Below are positions 1 through 12,831 of a DNA stretch of 39,294 bases, piece by piece (the first letter of the stretch is position 1; each line of letters opens with the position of its first letter). This stretch comes from Phoronis australis (Eukaryota; Animalia; Phoronida): assembly GCA_002633005.1 (NCBI GenBank), contig NMRA01001150.1:8998-48291 (forward strand), in the 5' to 3' direction. The notes beneath the pieces were generated by a model. That model had not been told where the DNA came from, ran no database searches, and was given only the letters and a program-made list of their open reading frames with translations. Position numbers and translations under genes: made by a program.

Positions 1-312
1 TGCGAAAATGATCACCTATATATAAGTGCATTTTTGGATAAGCGCAATCAATGATCCTTCCGCCTTGCCACAGTTTTGTGTTAAAACATGTAGTTGACAC
101 AAAATTCTTAACCTAGCAAACAGGTGACAAAAGTTGTCACTGTTGTGTCACTTTGCTCCGTGTGAGCCCCTTTGCACACATATACTTGCACTTGACCATA
201 TCATTTGGATTAACCTGATCCGAGTCAGCTGTAGTGTAAACAGCACTTAAGATGTTTCACAACAGAAATTTTAATTAGGAACATAACCCTAAAAATTATT
301 ACATTGTATAGT

Positions 313-766
313 TACAGTACAGACACTGAATTATTAGACGTTGTATGGTCTGCCTCCGGTCTCGCTCGGCGTGAGCATAACTGGAGACAGAGCGGACTGA
401 AACAACCGTGACAGCTGGCGTGAGCCTAAGAGTGACTGTGTCCGGAACTTACTGCAAGTTAGGCGTGAACGAAACGCAAGCGCACCTCTCTCTTTAATGC
501 AGATCTAGATGTTATTTTAATTAGCCCTGTGCACAATCACAGTATGTTACCACAGCTACTGAAGGCGTGACGGAAGCATGAGAAAAGCGTGATGAAAGCG
601 TGAGGAAGGCATTAACCAAACTGGAGGTAAGTGTGAGAGCTACCCGGAGAGTAGGCGTGAGAAGACCCTGACTGATTTCTCTCATGCCTGCGTTCCGGTT
701 ATGCTCCAGTCTGGCCAGGCCTGAGGCAGACTGGATGAAGTTTAGTAATTCAGTGGTTGTACTGTA
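313..766. mobile_element. MITE-like element with imperfect ~70-bp terminal inverted repeats, TA at both ends (Tc1/mariner-type non-autonomous)
   Basis: Left tacagtacagacactgaattattagacg...gtctgcctc...gagcataactgga is the reverse complement of right tccggttatgctc...gaggcagac...tagtaattcagtggttgtactgta; no ORF inside. Confidence 0.65.
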
Positions 767-931
767 GTTGCTTTTAACAAAGTAACTTCTTTGAGCTTAA
801 ACAAAACGAGGTTTCAATTTGCAAATAATAATAATAACAGAATTAAAAGAAGAATTGTTTTGTAAGTCATTTTTTTCTTAGCGGGAACTTATGCAATTTC
901 ATAAAATAGTGCACGATCAAAAAGAACTCAC

Positions 932-1061
932 TTGTCTTAAAGGCCTGTCCTCTTCATCAACATCAGACATGTCACAGCTCAATTGGTCATCTTCAGTAGC
1001 CACGGATTCTCTAGACTTTGTGGCAAATACCAGTCTTCACTGCTGTCACTCTCCACTTCAT
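932..1061 (-). CDS. Acidic C-terminal exon of the transposase (DEVESDSSEDWYLPQ / SRESVATEDDQLSCDMSDVDEEDRPLRQ) with an apparent 1-nt frameshift near 1017-1019
   Basis: Acceptor ttagcag at 1062-1068 and donor GTGAGT at 926-931; phase-1 entry fits the exon ending at 2926; the two acidic halves are in different frames. Confidence 0.55.
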
Positions 1062-4000
1062 CTGCTAAGTCAAGGAAAGCTTGATGAAAGTAGCTTAAAC
1101 TGACCTCAACTTTTTTGGCAAGGTGATGCCATGGTTAGTGTTGAGCTTTACTATACATCAAAAGTGTGTTTCCTGAGATATTACCTAGATTAAACAGCTA
1201 GTATAATCCCATTTTTGATGGACCAGCAGTATCTACTTAAAAGCTATCACAAAACCACTTACTCTTAAAATACTAAATTTAGATCACTTCCTTCAACAAA
1301 ACTGATGTCAATTTGTTACGCAAATGAGCAATAATTCCCGAGATTTTGAAGAAATGCCCATAAAAATACAACGAATACTAAATTGTCTTTTCAATAACCG
1401 TAAAGGTTGGGGTATGATTGAAAATTTGAAAAAGATGAAAACTAACTAAATGTATTTGGTAATGGGGGACCACTCAGGCCTTATGGAAAATGGCACTTTG
1501 GAAACTATTTAAAGATATCTCAAACGAATTCCAAAAAAATGTTTGTTTTAACAAGATTTTTTCAAAGGCCACGACCTCCAACCCTGGACCTCTGGCATAG
1601 AAAGTAGTTACAAAAGATGAGGCAAGCCGAGATAGGTTGATCGATTCATTGCAATGTTTATAGTTCAGTATGTGATATATATAGATTATTATTACATGTT
1701 CTCAGTCAATATCCCCCTTATCTAGAGCCCGAGTGGATTTTGTAGAATTATCGCCCTCACGCAGGGCTAATACCCCTCAGCAATAATTTTACAAAATCCA
1801 CTTGGGCTCTAGACTACAGGGGATAACGGATTCGCCATGTCATAATCTATATTCAGGTTGAATGTGGAAGTACTGGTTCAAAATTTTGATGATACAATCT
1901 AAGAAATATACAAAAACATCCTACAGCTTATTGTTTAATTTGGATGAAAAAAGAAGGAATCTGAAGTTAAACTTCTATCTAAATATGGTCTGGCTGAATC
2001 ACTGAGACAACCTTTATTAATGATTTTTCTCAACATGTTATACACTTTTATTTACAAGGCTGGCAGAGCGACATTGATAACAACTTTAAGTTAAGATGCA
2101 TTTCTCAATTTAAATTAGAGTACATGAATTAGTTGAACCTTACTTGTTATCAGATTTGCCGGGAAATTCATAATGTAGCTGTCGAAACCGGCTGGCATAA
2201 TATTGTTACCTATTTGACCACATGTCTCATTTCTGTCCAAACAATATCGAAAATGAATATCATTTTGCACTTGTATGCCCATCATTTCATGATTTAGGTT
2301 TAGATTTACGTATACAGGAAAAATATTGGAGCAGTCGCAATGTCAATAAATTTATTAGTTTTCATAAAAAATCTTGACAGATATTAGTATCATTAACCAT
2401 TGATTTAGTTGGAGATCCTCATTGCATTATACCAAACGGACTAAAAAATTGTTGGAATTAAGAACTACCATTTAATAAATTTTTAAGCCAACAATATTCT
2501 TTCAAAATTCATCCTGGGCAACCTCAGGTTATTCAATGGAATGTGTGCATCGCCTCCTACAAAATGCAAGATCTGGGATGCTTGAATTCCAAATAATTTA
2601 TGACATTCTCTGTTCCACTTAAGTGCTATTTCAAGATTAAGTATTTAAAATTCTGTTTTAGTGCTAAATGTCTGGTGACTCCAGCATTATGGATAATAGT
2701 TCGAGTCAGAACCCATCATTTCAAGTATTTTCTTGCAAGAATGCAGGATGAGAGATATGTATCCCAGCACAGAATAAATAATACATGTAAAGACTTTGCA
2801 CAAAAGTAGAACAGAAGATATCAAAAATATTTTGAAGTTCGATTTTGACCCTGCCTCCACAAGCACAACTTGCTGATAAAAAATAAAATAGGGTTGAAAA
2901 AGTACTGTGACTGGTGGTATCTTACCCTCTGTACCATCTAGCTTTTGGAACCACTGGCTCCACCATTCCTTATCGTCTTCGTTAGTCATGAATTTGCTGG
3001 CTGTCATAATTCCACTTTTTAGCTTGTGCAGCTCCAGCTTTTCATAGTTTGGGGTCAGCAACTTTGGGTGATTGAGTGGTATTGACGTAAGCAAGTATGG
3101 CCCTGCATAAACACAGCAGTGAGATTAATGCATAAAGCAACTTTAATTTGCACAATATTACACTTTGGTTGGAGAGTGCTTATAAGGAAGTAAAAGATCA
3201 ACCTGTTGCATAACAATGAAAAGGAAATTCAGCAAGAATGCTGGCACAGACTGCCACAGACTTCTCTTATGACTGAACTTTTGTACGTGTCTGGAAGCAA
3301 CACTTAGGACTCAGTCACAAGTCTTATTAAATCCTGACAAGTTCAATTAACAGTGAAAAGAGTATGACAAATTAATTATTTCTTCAGCAAAAACACGACA
3401 TTGTGGATGTTTGGTACCGGATTAATGTATTAATGCCAAACTCCGTGATGCAAAACCATCACACATGAATTGAATGTAATATGTAACAGCTTTGATAAAA
3501 CAGGATACCTACCAGTTTCTATGTTAAAGTCCGCTGGTGTCCAGTTGCTGTCAGTGGACCACTTTTTTACAGAGATGGAGCACTTGCCGTTATGAAGGGA
3601 AAATTTAAATTGGTGAGGCAATGAGTGATTGTGCATGGGATTTAAGTGAGGTTTTATCCATGCACTTATGTTATACATTTTGGAAAACAAAAACGAAACA
3701 GGGTTTGGTGTTGTGCATCTTGAGAACGCTTCCATTAATTTTGGATTCGTAAGGATCGAATGGCGAGCTAAGTAGGTAGAAAAACGAGAAAAAAACCTGG
3801 TCCACATCTTCATGAGTATGGCCCACCATTAAAAAACCAACTTTAATTTTGGAAAAAATTCTCATTTCCACCAAAAGCGCACAAAGCCCAAAAATTACAA
3901 TATTCTTATTTTCCCTCCAACAATTGTCCATTTGGAGATACAAAATTGGGGGCAAAAAGCTCATACATGACAGTGTTCGGAGCAGGACATTGGCAGTCAC

Positions 4001-7000
4001 ATCTGGCCCGTGTCCCCACTGCCCAACGTCAAAAAACCGATAGTTTGATGTCCGTGGTTAATTACCCCAGTCAGATGAGTCCTTAATTGATGTAATTTTT
4101 GTAAAGTTTTGCTATATATGTTGAAAGCCGGTAGATTTGTTTTTTGCTGGTCCATGCCATCCAGAATTATGCAAGCGTATTTACTAGGGTGAGACCTTGC
4201 CTTGGAGCTGTGTTTGTAATATTTTTTTCTCTTATTGCTGAAAAATAATAAGTTTCATTATTCAATTAAGATACTCTCATTTCCACCAGATTAGAATGCA
4301 AAAACCTGTTATCACTTAAACATGGGGACATTTAGAAATTAGAACAGTCCATGTATTTTCAATTTTACCACCAGACTTCAAATAAGAAAATTAAAAGCTA
4401 CCCACTTTAAAGTGATGATTAAAAGCCCATTAAGGAAATATACATGCAGTACGATTTGAAAACACCTTCAATGTTGCCAATAATTAATTCCAGGATTCCG
4501 ATCACAGTGCAATTAGTACCAACCAGGTATATTTGAAGTTTACCATGTAAACTGCAGTTGTGGCACATACCTTTGTTTANTTTGATAAAACAGGATACCT
4601 ACCAGTTTCTATGTTAAAGTCCGCTGGTGTCCAGTTGCTGTCAGTGGACCACTTTTTTACAGAGATGGAGCACTTGCCGTTATGAAGCGAAAATTTAAAT
4701 TGGTGAGGCAATGAGTGATTATGCATGGGATTTAAGTGAGGTTTTATCCATGCACTTATGTTATACATTTTGGAAAACAAAAACGAAACAGGGTTTGGTG
4801 TTGTGCATCTTGAGAACGCTTCCATTAATTTTGGAATCGTAAGGATCGAATGGCGAGCCATGTATGTAGAAAAACGCGAAAAAACTTGGTCCACATCTTC
4901 ATGAGTATGGCCCACCATTAAAAAACCAACTTTAATTTTCGAAAAAATTCTCATTTCCACCAAAAGCGCACAAAGCCCAAAAATTACAATATTCTTATTT
5001 TCCCTCCAACAATTGTCCATTTGGAGATACAAAATTGGGGGCAAAAAGCTCATACATGACAGTGTTCGGAGCAGGACATTGGCAGTCACATCTGGCCCGT
5101 GTCCCCACTGCCCAACGTCAAAAAAACCGATAGTTTGATGTCCGTGGTTAATTACCCCAGTCAGATGAGTCCTTGATTTATGTAATTTTTGTAAAGTTTT
5201 GCTATATAAGTTGAAAGCCGGTAGATTTGTTTTTAGTATGTGATAATTTTTCAATGTAATCAAAAACTATTAAATTAACAGCTACCTTATTAAGTTTTGC
5301 ATGGTAGAAGTCAATTGTGACCACAATTTGTAGTGTACCCTTTTATACAACTGCGCTGCATTAAGCCATTAAATTTTATTCGGTGGTTCTTGTGCAAAAA
5401 AAATTTAGATTAGAAACCTGGAATGATGGTACTTTAAAATAACCTAGCTTTTACAGTTATATGACAACCATCATTTTTCACCAAAAGTGGCCACCGAAAA
5501 TGGACCTTGATTGTGATTCGTCCGTCTATATTGGCCATAAAGAACTGCAAACATTGCAACGTGGGCCTAATCTATTTTCAAAACCAGTTTCTAATTTGTT
5601 TCTAACTTGTTTTCACTCAATTAGACATTCGGTAAAAAAGTTGCCTATTGCAGATGTACGTGAAATTACAATACCCGGCAAATGAATGTCATTTTGCCCC
5701 TTTAAGGTAAACGATCAGTGAGACGGACGGATAGTTGCGTTGAACACCTGACAGATACTTCACATTTCTGCCAAACATCTGCAACCGAGCAAATACTTAG
5801 AACCCAACAAACATACGCTGAACTTGGTGACACGACTTGATACCCGCTATTGCGGCAGACCTGGTTCTGATTCCAAGGCAAGGCCTCTCCCAAGTGTCTA
5901 TTAGCTCTATCACACAAGAATGCCCTGTTCCAGCCCTGACCAACAGTACGGTAGTTCATTGACCCAGTCAAGTCAACACTGGCTGAATTCTCTGTCAATG
6001 AAAATTGTTTCGTGCCCTCAGTTATCTATACTTGGGCACCCAAAGAAAATTCATGTAGCGTTTCCCAGCTAAAACTTCAATCTTACAGACTTGTAAAAAG
6101 TGCAGTGACCCCAACCAACTCCACATTTTAAGCCTGACTTGTTTACCAAATGATACCCATGGGAGGTGCAGCAGGAGGCTGGAGGCTATAAAGCCCTCCT
6201 TTTGCCAGTGCTGCGCCGCCCCTGGATACCCCTAGACTCACAATGCAACATTCCGATCTATTTCAAAAACGTATCCTCATGATTATAATTGAAGAACCAT
6301 TAGTATTTTAGTCTTACATTACTTTATCCATGTTTTAGCGAAATTTCTTTATTGTGGCACCTGGCAAGGGATTGAACTTTGGCATGTAAACCATTACAGT
6401 CATGGATTAGTTGGTAACTGACTGACAACACCAACTCCAAAAAAATCAAATGCCACACAATATCAAATTGTTAAAACATCAAGATTATTGAAAATTTGCG
6501 TATATACAGTAAATCAAATTATAACAGTACAAGTGGCATCTGTGGAATCTGTTTGCTACTTCCTTTCGGAATCGGGATGCTGATCATAAAAATTTATTAC
6601 TATAACATGTAATATTACCGATCCTTCTACTGCTACATAACCTTGGGATCATGTAAGTGCAGGTGAAAACTTATGTGAAAATATCTCATGTAGTTAACAG
6701 GAAACTTAATGCCAAAAGCAACATTGAGATCACGTTCTCACAACCTATCCCGACAAACTGCTGAATGAATAACTATCTAAGTGACACAGAACACAAAACT
6801 TTACACTTCTGGAAATTATTATGAAACTTCTGGTTCATAAAATTGTGTTTCAGGTCACAAACAGAGCAGAGTCAAGTGAAAAAATACAAAAATAATTCTG
6901 AATCACCTCTTTTTGTTAACAGTAAAACCTCCCCAATGCAATAATAAAACCATCTTGTATGCAACTACTACAATTAATCCTAAATTAGTAGAACCCTTTA

Positions 7001-10000
7001 AATCACCCAAGTGTTGCAATTTTTAAAACTTTTCACCTCCACCATGATTAGAGACAGCTCTGCTACAGGGCCATGTTTTGATAAGCAGATATCAAGCTGG
7101 CTTATTTCTAAGCTCCCCAGCAGTCTTTTGTCCAGCACCAAGTCCCTGCTTTTGTCCTGAGCTAATGGCATAAATGGTCTGAAGGGATTTCTGTGCATAT
7201 CCCTTTACTCAGTTACAGGTGTGGTGCAACAAGCCCTGTTTTGCTGGCAATGAGAATGGCCATTTCAACACTGATCAACTTTCATTGCAGTAACCAAATG
7301 ACATACCGTATTCACCCTAATGAGCGCCCATGCCCCTGTAAACTCCCCACACGCGTTTTTACACTTTGCTAAAATAAGCACATGAACTCCANGGGTTTCG
7401 ATACCAACCGTCACCAACAAATCTGTGCTTAATTAATGTTCAAGAAATATGAATCAGCAAATTGTGGTTGTCTTTTTGGAGTGCGTCTTTCTACTGCTGA
7501 CTTTTGTTTACGTTGCTGTCCTGTATTGACACAGGTATGAATAACACACTGGTTAAATTGACCAGATGTGTGCATCTGTACATGTAAGTGCTTCTATAAT
7601 CTGGCTATAATTAAATCGCATTACTGCAGAAACGAAATATTTGCTGTCACGCCACTGGCTAATAGGCTAAAAACAGTATTAGTCAGCTATTTTTCTTTCT
7701 TTGGTGTAAAGCTAACCAATGAAAACCGAGGTTACATCAACTGGTCATAAAACGTGTGCTACTGAATGATGGCTGCGTGTTCATACACATAGGAAACCAG
7801 CAAGTCGGCTGGCACTGCAAGACACTGAAAGAGGAAAAATGGAATAGTTAGCCGTACCCCAACAGGGTTCTACCTGTGTAAGAAATTTGTCTCTGGGTAA
7901 ACAGATATGTAAGAGAGTTGTGGAGGAAAGTTTGTGATGGTCCTTAGAATCGATTTTTTAAACAGCCTTGACATTTTGTTAAAAAATACCGAATGTAACA
8001 ACATTTTAAATCTTGTAGTTTTAATAACAAAAAATATCTTTATCAATGTAGAATGCAAAACAAAATTCCATTAACAACTGATAACAATAGAGTTTTAAAA
8101 ACTACAGAAATATAGAATTTACTATTAGTAGAGTCAAAGGTACATTAGAAAATCGCAACAAAAATGGACCTTAGTACATGTGTATTGTAACTGTCAGTTT
8201 GTTATATCAAATGTTTGTCAGATTATCCCAATGTTGATGAAATCCTCCCGACTTAGAACTAATTGTCCCGGGTGTTCTCGAAATGTAATTGCTGGGTTAT
8301 TGAGGTCATGTGACCACCGAAGGGACACTTTGCCCCACTGGAGAGGTGCGTGTGGATATTCTCACACTTTAATCGCAGGATTGCATGTTACGTTTGCAAC
8401 AACATAATATTATGTAAGTGACACGTGACTAGTACATATGCACTGAGTTTCAACTGCAGAACAAAGGGCTTGAAAATTTGTTTTCGACTTATGCTAAAAT
8501 GCAGGACATCTCACATGAAAATAAAGGTTTTTCCATTGCAGTTTGGTGAGGAAAGTGTACAGACTATAGAGTCTACAAACTTTTAGAGAAATGATCGTAG
8601 TTAAAGTTTAGGTATTTTTTCATTTAAATTAAACCTGATTTACGCAACTCCGGTGTGGTTGAAATCAAGTCATAGTATTCTTATGTACAAATTTGTTAGG
8701 CTTAGCGTAAGATTTGTCTCATGAAAGCATCACATTCACGTTTCCAAAAAACTTGTATATTGTAATTTTGATAAACAATGGGTAGGCAAATCATTAAGTA
8801 AATCTCAATACCCTCAGATTTAATTGATCATTATACTGCAGAGGTTTGAGACATGAGGCTAAATTGCAACTTGCCATGTATAAATGTCGTAAATATGCAG
8901 CATATTTTGAAAGTTTTAACAAGTGTCATTTTTGCATTTGAGATTACATTGCTTGAGACGTTACCGAAAATGCATTACTTACTCTTAAACTGCTTAATTA
9001 TCCTCCTCATCGTTGTCTCCTCATTTCCAAGCACCAGTCGCCAGCCAACAAGACACAGTTTAGTTGTCCCTATTGTGAAAAGGAAGTCAAAATCATCTTG
9101 AACCTGCGTTGAATGATGTTCGAGGTAATTGAACATCCACAAACGCTGCTCACTCTTTGACATCTTAAGAAACGTTGCTCTTGCCATTTCCATTTCTTGC
9201 ATGCCTATAGTTGAAAGGCATAAACAGATACAGCAAGCAACTGCCGGCAAGATGCTTAAGTCAAGAAGCTGCTTCTTTGGCTCTGAAATGAACAAAATGA
9301 TGAAAACTCAGACATTATAAGACACAGAACTTCAGTTAAATTATTTCATAAATTGAGAGTGCCTTTGAGGTCAAATGTGAAAGAGAAAATATGTTCATTT
9401 CCGTAACAATGCAATGACAGAACCACAGAATGGATGTCAGTAACCAACCTTTATACTTTAATTCCTATTATAATGCTGAAACATATAATTCAGGCCTCTT
9501 TTAAAGTAGGTAAGCTCAGTATTCTCATTACATCACCATGACTAGATTTCAGACACCTGGCTGGGAAAGGTAATTGGACACAGAGACACCAGTGTTCTCC
9601 ACGACCTTTTTTAACTCAACGCAGTAACGAGTTTGGCTTTTGCCGCGTCTAGTTTGGGGAAAGCGCGTCAGTTGGCTTAATTTCACTCTCTCCGGCTTCT
9701 GTCGTGCATGAAATTCATCGGGCCTCAGGCGCTGGCAAAATTAATGATGCCTCATTAAATTTTTTTTACTCTTTCTTGAGTAAACTAAATTATTTACCCG
9801 GGTGTTGGAAAATTGGCGTTTTTCAGTTATTCTGCTACTAAAATTGCAATGCACTATCGGGCCAATTTCCATGTCCTTCAATCAACTGTGGAGGTTGCAT
9901 ACATGTCGTAAGAATCGGAAGTGGTTTCATTTCGTTACAAGTTTTTACTGTTTTAATACCAAAAAAAAAACAATTTCAGAAAATACTCTCGAGAGATATC

Positions 10001-12831
10001 GCGAGTTTTGGGAAATGGCACGTAAGTGCACGTGTCACGAGATTGCACTGTTTCCTAAACGACGGCAGATAGTAGGATTTGCCTTTGTAACAAAAGGCAG
10101 AGAATAACGAAAAATGTTTATTAAATTTTGTTTACTTCAGTAAATGGCTGTAACAGGCACTGTGAGTGTTGATTCATACCCAGATTTTGCATGCACCACT
10201 GCAGGTTGTTAACTCAAAGTTTCACGACGAGGTGACGAGCTGAGCACCAAGGTTGTGCCACTGAAATTTCGGTGTCTAAACGGAGCTCTACACACAGCTA
10301 CCTAGCTGTATGTTGACGACAGTCTTCATACAGCTATAGCTGGCTTTCTACCTCAGTATGTACATTTATGATGTAACTTTTGTACGGCAGATAGAGTATT
10401 AGCCAAAATTTTGTCCTTCTGACATTCACACCCCGGACTGCCAAATGAAATCTGGGAGAATTTTATGGAGGCCATGGCCCCCTTGGCCCCCCTCCAAATC
10501 CGCCACTGACACCTATATACTGTGTGTACAATACAATATTTTAAATGCATTCTTAGTTTTCACTTTAAACTGAAGAATATCTGATTACAGTACTTTGTGT
10601 CACGGCCGATTCCCACAGCTGCACACCTTAATTGCCTACTAAAAATCTGACAGGTGACAGAAATTCTGCTTGAATCTTTGAACACAGTCTCTTCAAGAAG
10701 TATTCCCGTTTCTAGCGATGAACACTAGATTGGTTCACTCTTAGGTGTAGCTATTTCCCCTCGACGTTTCCCACTAGCAGCTACCCGTGCTTTCACACAG
10801 GTAACGGCTAGTTGGACTATATTCCATGTTGCCGATTCAAAAGGGAGCCTCAGTTATATAGCTCTGTCAAGGGTGGATAAAAGATGTTCCAGTTAGTTTT
10901 CTGGCCCTCATGTCATGTTTACCTCCAAGACTAAATTCTAAAGGCCCTTCATATTGACTTAACTCCAGTCAGAGGGGAGGGTCTATGTAAACAGCCCAGT
11001 TAGGTACCTTATTCATAAAAAATAGCCATTTTTACAATATGTCACGCGTCTAGAAAAATACCTTATTCTCGGGGAAATTCAAATACAAAATGTATACTAC
11101 GTAGCGAAAAAAAGATTTAACAGAACCATCTTGGAACCGCACAACCACGTGCATATTTGTTTACTACTTATCCAAGGTCAAACCGAATCTGCCGCCAGGT
11201 ACAGAACAGCTGCGTATACCCTCAGTCCTTTTATTCACAAAATCACCATAACATTGAGTCAACGAGGTGTACTTATGGTAGAATGGTGCCGGAGAAAACA
11301 AAGACAAAACGTAGTTTTGATCCTAAGGAAGTTAATGTGCGTCTCCATGCATACGACCCTTGGTGTTGAGAACGAATGCTATGGTCGCCTCAGGCCTCTG
11401 TGGTCATGAACACAGCAAGTTGTGATTAAGAGATAAATCCTCACCCTAATTCATTTAATTAAACAAGTGACATTTCAATGAACTGTGACCTATTGCAAAC
11501 AATAGGAAGAGTTAACTGGGAATGATACGTTTAATCATAAATTAAGTAAATTACGCACTGCAAAATCAGTTGACATTACAAGTGAATGTTGAAATAGTGA
11601 ACTGAAAACAAGTTTTCACCAAATAACCAACCAAAGACTTTGAGATTTTCACTTCTCCCTGCAGTTTAATTGACTTTCTTGTCTTTGGCAAATCGACTTT
11701 ATTTGAACTTAGGAACACGAGTTCTCGAAAACGGCTCGGTGGTTTTCGCTGAAACTTTACAAATAATTTAATGTTAAGTCATCAATTTCAAAACCACTGT
11801 CTCTTGCAATGAACACTCAGTTCACTCTTAGGTGTAGCTATTTCCCTTTGGCGTTTCCCACTAGCTGCTACCCCTGCGAAAGCAAGGGTAACAGCTAGTA
11901 CTAACTATATTCAGTGCAACATTGTTCCCCAACTGGTCCTGAACAACCATTTTATGGCCTGGCCAAGGCCTAAGCTATTCATTACAAAGAACTAATCCCA
12001 GCATGACCTATAATCTAATTATACTGGCATCACTACTCACAGTAGGAGCTGGGCCTGACAGGAGGTGGACTAAACTGGTTGATCTACTTATGAAATCTGG
12101 CCATGTTCACAACATGACTACTCAAATTAAATATTTTGGCAGCAACATGAAACACCTTACTTTTCCTCGGAATTGTGTAGAGCAGGGGCATATCTTCATT
12201 TGAGGAGTCATCTGACAGAGGTTCCCTTTGAACAGTTGAGCCTTTTGGTCTTCCCCTTTTTTTGCCTTGCAAATTAAAAAAAATAATAGACTTAGTAATG
12301 ACAATACAATTTGGTTCTGAATGCCGGAAATAACTTAAAAAACATTGCTCATTCAAATAAGGTTTTGTTGGCATCAAATCCAGTAAAATCACAAAGTCTA
12401 TTCATAGCACAGGTATGCCTTTTTGGGTACTAATGGACAACACAATGTCCCTAAAGACTAATAGCTTAACACCTGATGAATTATTAAAGAGGTTACTACA
12501 AACAAATGTTCACGACTTGTCTCGTATGAGAGAACAGCTATTTTCACAAATTGTCTTTGTAAATCAAACTCAACTTAACTACAAAGTAAATAAATATTAT
12601 CTATTTCGCAATGTTGAAACATGAATTAAAAAGTGATAATTTTAACTGAAAGTACCAAAAACTACACCAGTTGTGATTGTGAAGAACTCCCAACTAACAC
12701 ATCACATCTTATTTGAAATTTCAAATTTACCACAATACTTTTGGCTCATGGACAATGTTAGACACAGAGACACAATACCGACAACATAAACTAACCTTGT
12801 GCAGCTGCAGACTTCTCCATATTTTCTTCAC
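932..12831 (-). CDS. Multi-exon Sola-like (DUF7869-type) DDD transposase. Exons 12796-12831, 12161-12265, 8983-9282, [middle exons missing at the 4580-7392 assembly break], 4571-4579 (cut by N), 3513-4237, 2926-3102, 932-1061. Probably continues left of the window
   Basis: GT-AG bounded, phase-compatible exons; motifs KYYKHSSKARSHPSKYACIILDGMDQQKTNLP, LYLQMDNCWRENKN, FLMVGHTHEDVDQVFS; N-terminal CCICLCL...EQRLWMFNYL...IGTTKLCLVGWRLVLG. Confidence 0.8.
1679..1852. mobile_element. Short near-palindromic MITE
   Basis: Ends atatagattat / ataatctatat; inner arm tctagagcccgagtggattttgtagaattat pairs with ataattttacaaaatccacttgggctctaga. Confidence 0.7.
1856..2400 (+). pseudogene. Degenerate 3' fragment of a non-LTR retrotransposon ORF2 (RTE-X/CR1-like C-terminus with Cys/His knuckle), in a transposase intron
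   Basis: Frameshifted translation KYWFKILM...YSLLFNLDEK...SEVKLLSKYGL...FYLQGWQSDIDNNFKLR...HNVAVETGW...HFCPNNIENEYHFALVCPSFHDL. Confidence 0.7.
2926..3102 (-). CDS. Transposase exon (GPYLLTSIPLNHPKLLTPNYEKL...DDKEWWSQWFQKLDGTE)
   Basis: Acceptor tgcag ending at 3103, donor GTAAG at 2921-2925, phase 1/1; lies inside ORF 2687..3094. Confidence 0.8.
3513..4237 (-). CDS. Catalytic-core exon of the transposase, with two homopolymer frameshifts in this copy (A7 at 3789-3795, A6 at 4031-4036)
   Basis: Acceptor tttttcag ending at 4238, donor GTAGGT starting at 3512; holds DGMDQ, QMDNC and GHTHEDVD; the second copy at 4603-5234 is open across both positions. Confidence 0.88.
4581..5234 (-). pseudogene. 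Second, 5'-truncated copy (allele or paralog) of the catalytic exon, equivalent to 3491-4144; open frame but lacking DGMDQ
   Basis: ORF 4577..5263 is near-identical to 3491-4144; homology stops at TTTT 5231-5234. Confidence 0.85.
5231..7391 (+). repeat. ~2.16-kb near-identical direct copy of 36459-38617
   Basis: Colinear sequence; ORFs 5702..5998 and 6998..7198 recur as 36930..37226 and 38224..38424; this copy ends at the N at 7392. Confidence 0.95.
8983..9282 (-). CDS. Cys-rich N-terminal exon of the Sola-like transposase
   Basis: Acceptor catttcag, donor GTAAGT at 8977-8982, 300 nt, phase 1/1; CCICLCL...ARATFLKMSKSEQRLWMFNYL...FTIGTTKLCLVGWRLVLG. Confidence 0.75.
10718..10826 (+). repeat. 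~100-bp dispersed repeat, copy 1
   Basis: ttcactcttaggtgtagctatttccc...cgtttcccactagc(a/t)gctaccc shared with 11809-11913. Confidence 0.75.
11809..11913 (+). repeat. ~100-bp dispersed repeat, copy 2
   Basis: Same core as 10718-10826, moderately diverged. Confidence 0.75.
12161..12265 (-). CDS. AT-hook exon (GKKRGRPKGSTVQREPLSDDSSNEDMPLLYTIPRK), probably part of the transposase gene
   Basis: 105 nt, phase 1/1, donor GTAAGG, AAG acceptor; RGRP AT-hook core; in frame with 8983-9282. Confidence 0.6.
12796..12831 (-). CDS. Candidate 36-nt micro-exon (EENMEKSAAAQ)
   Basis: cattag acceptor, GTTAGT donor, phase 1/1, no stop. Confidence 0.4.

Noticed and set aside
8200-8403. Possible solo LTR (TGTT...AACA)
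   Set aside because: No target-site duplication and no second copy
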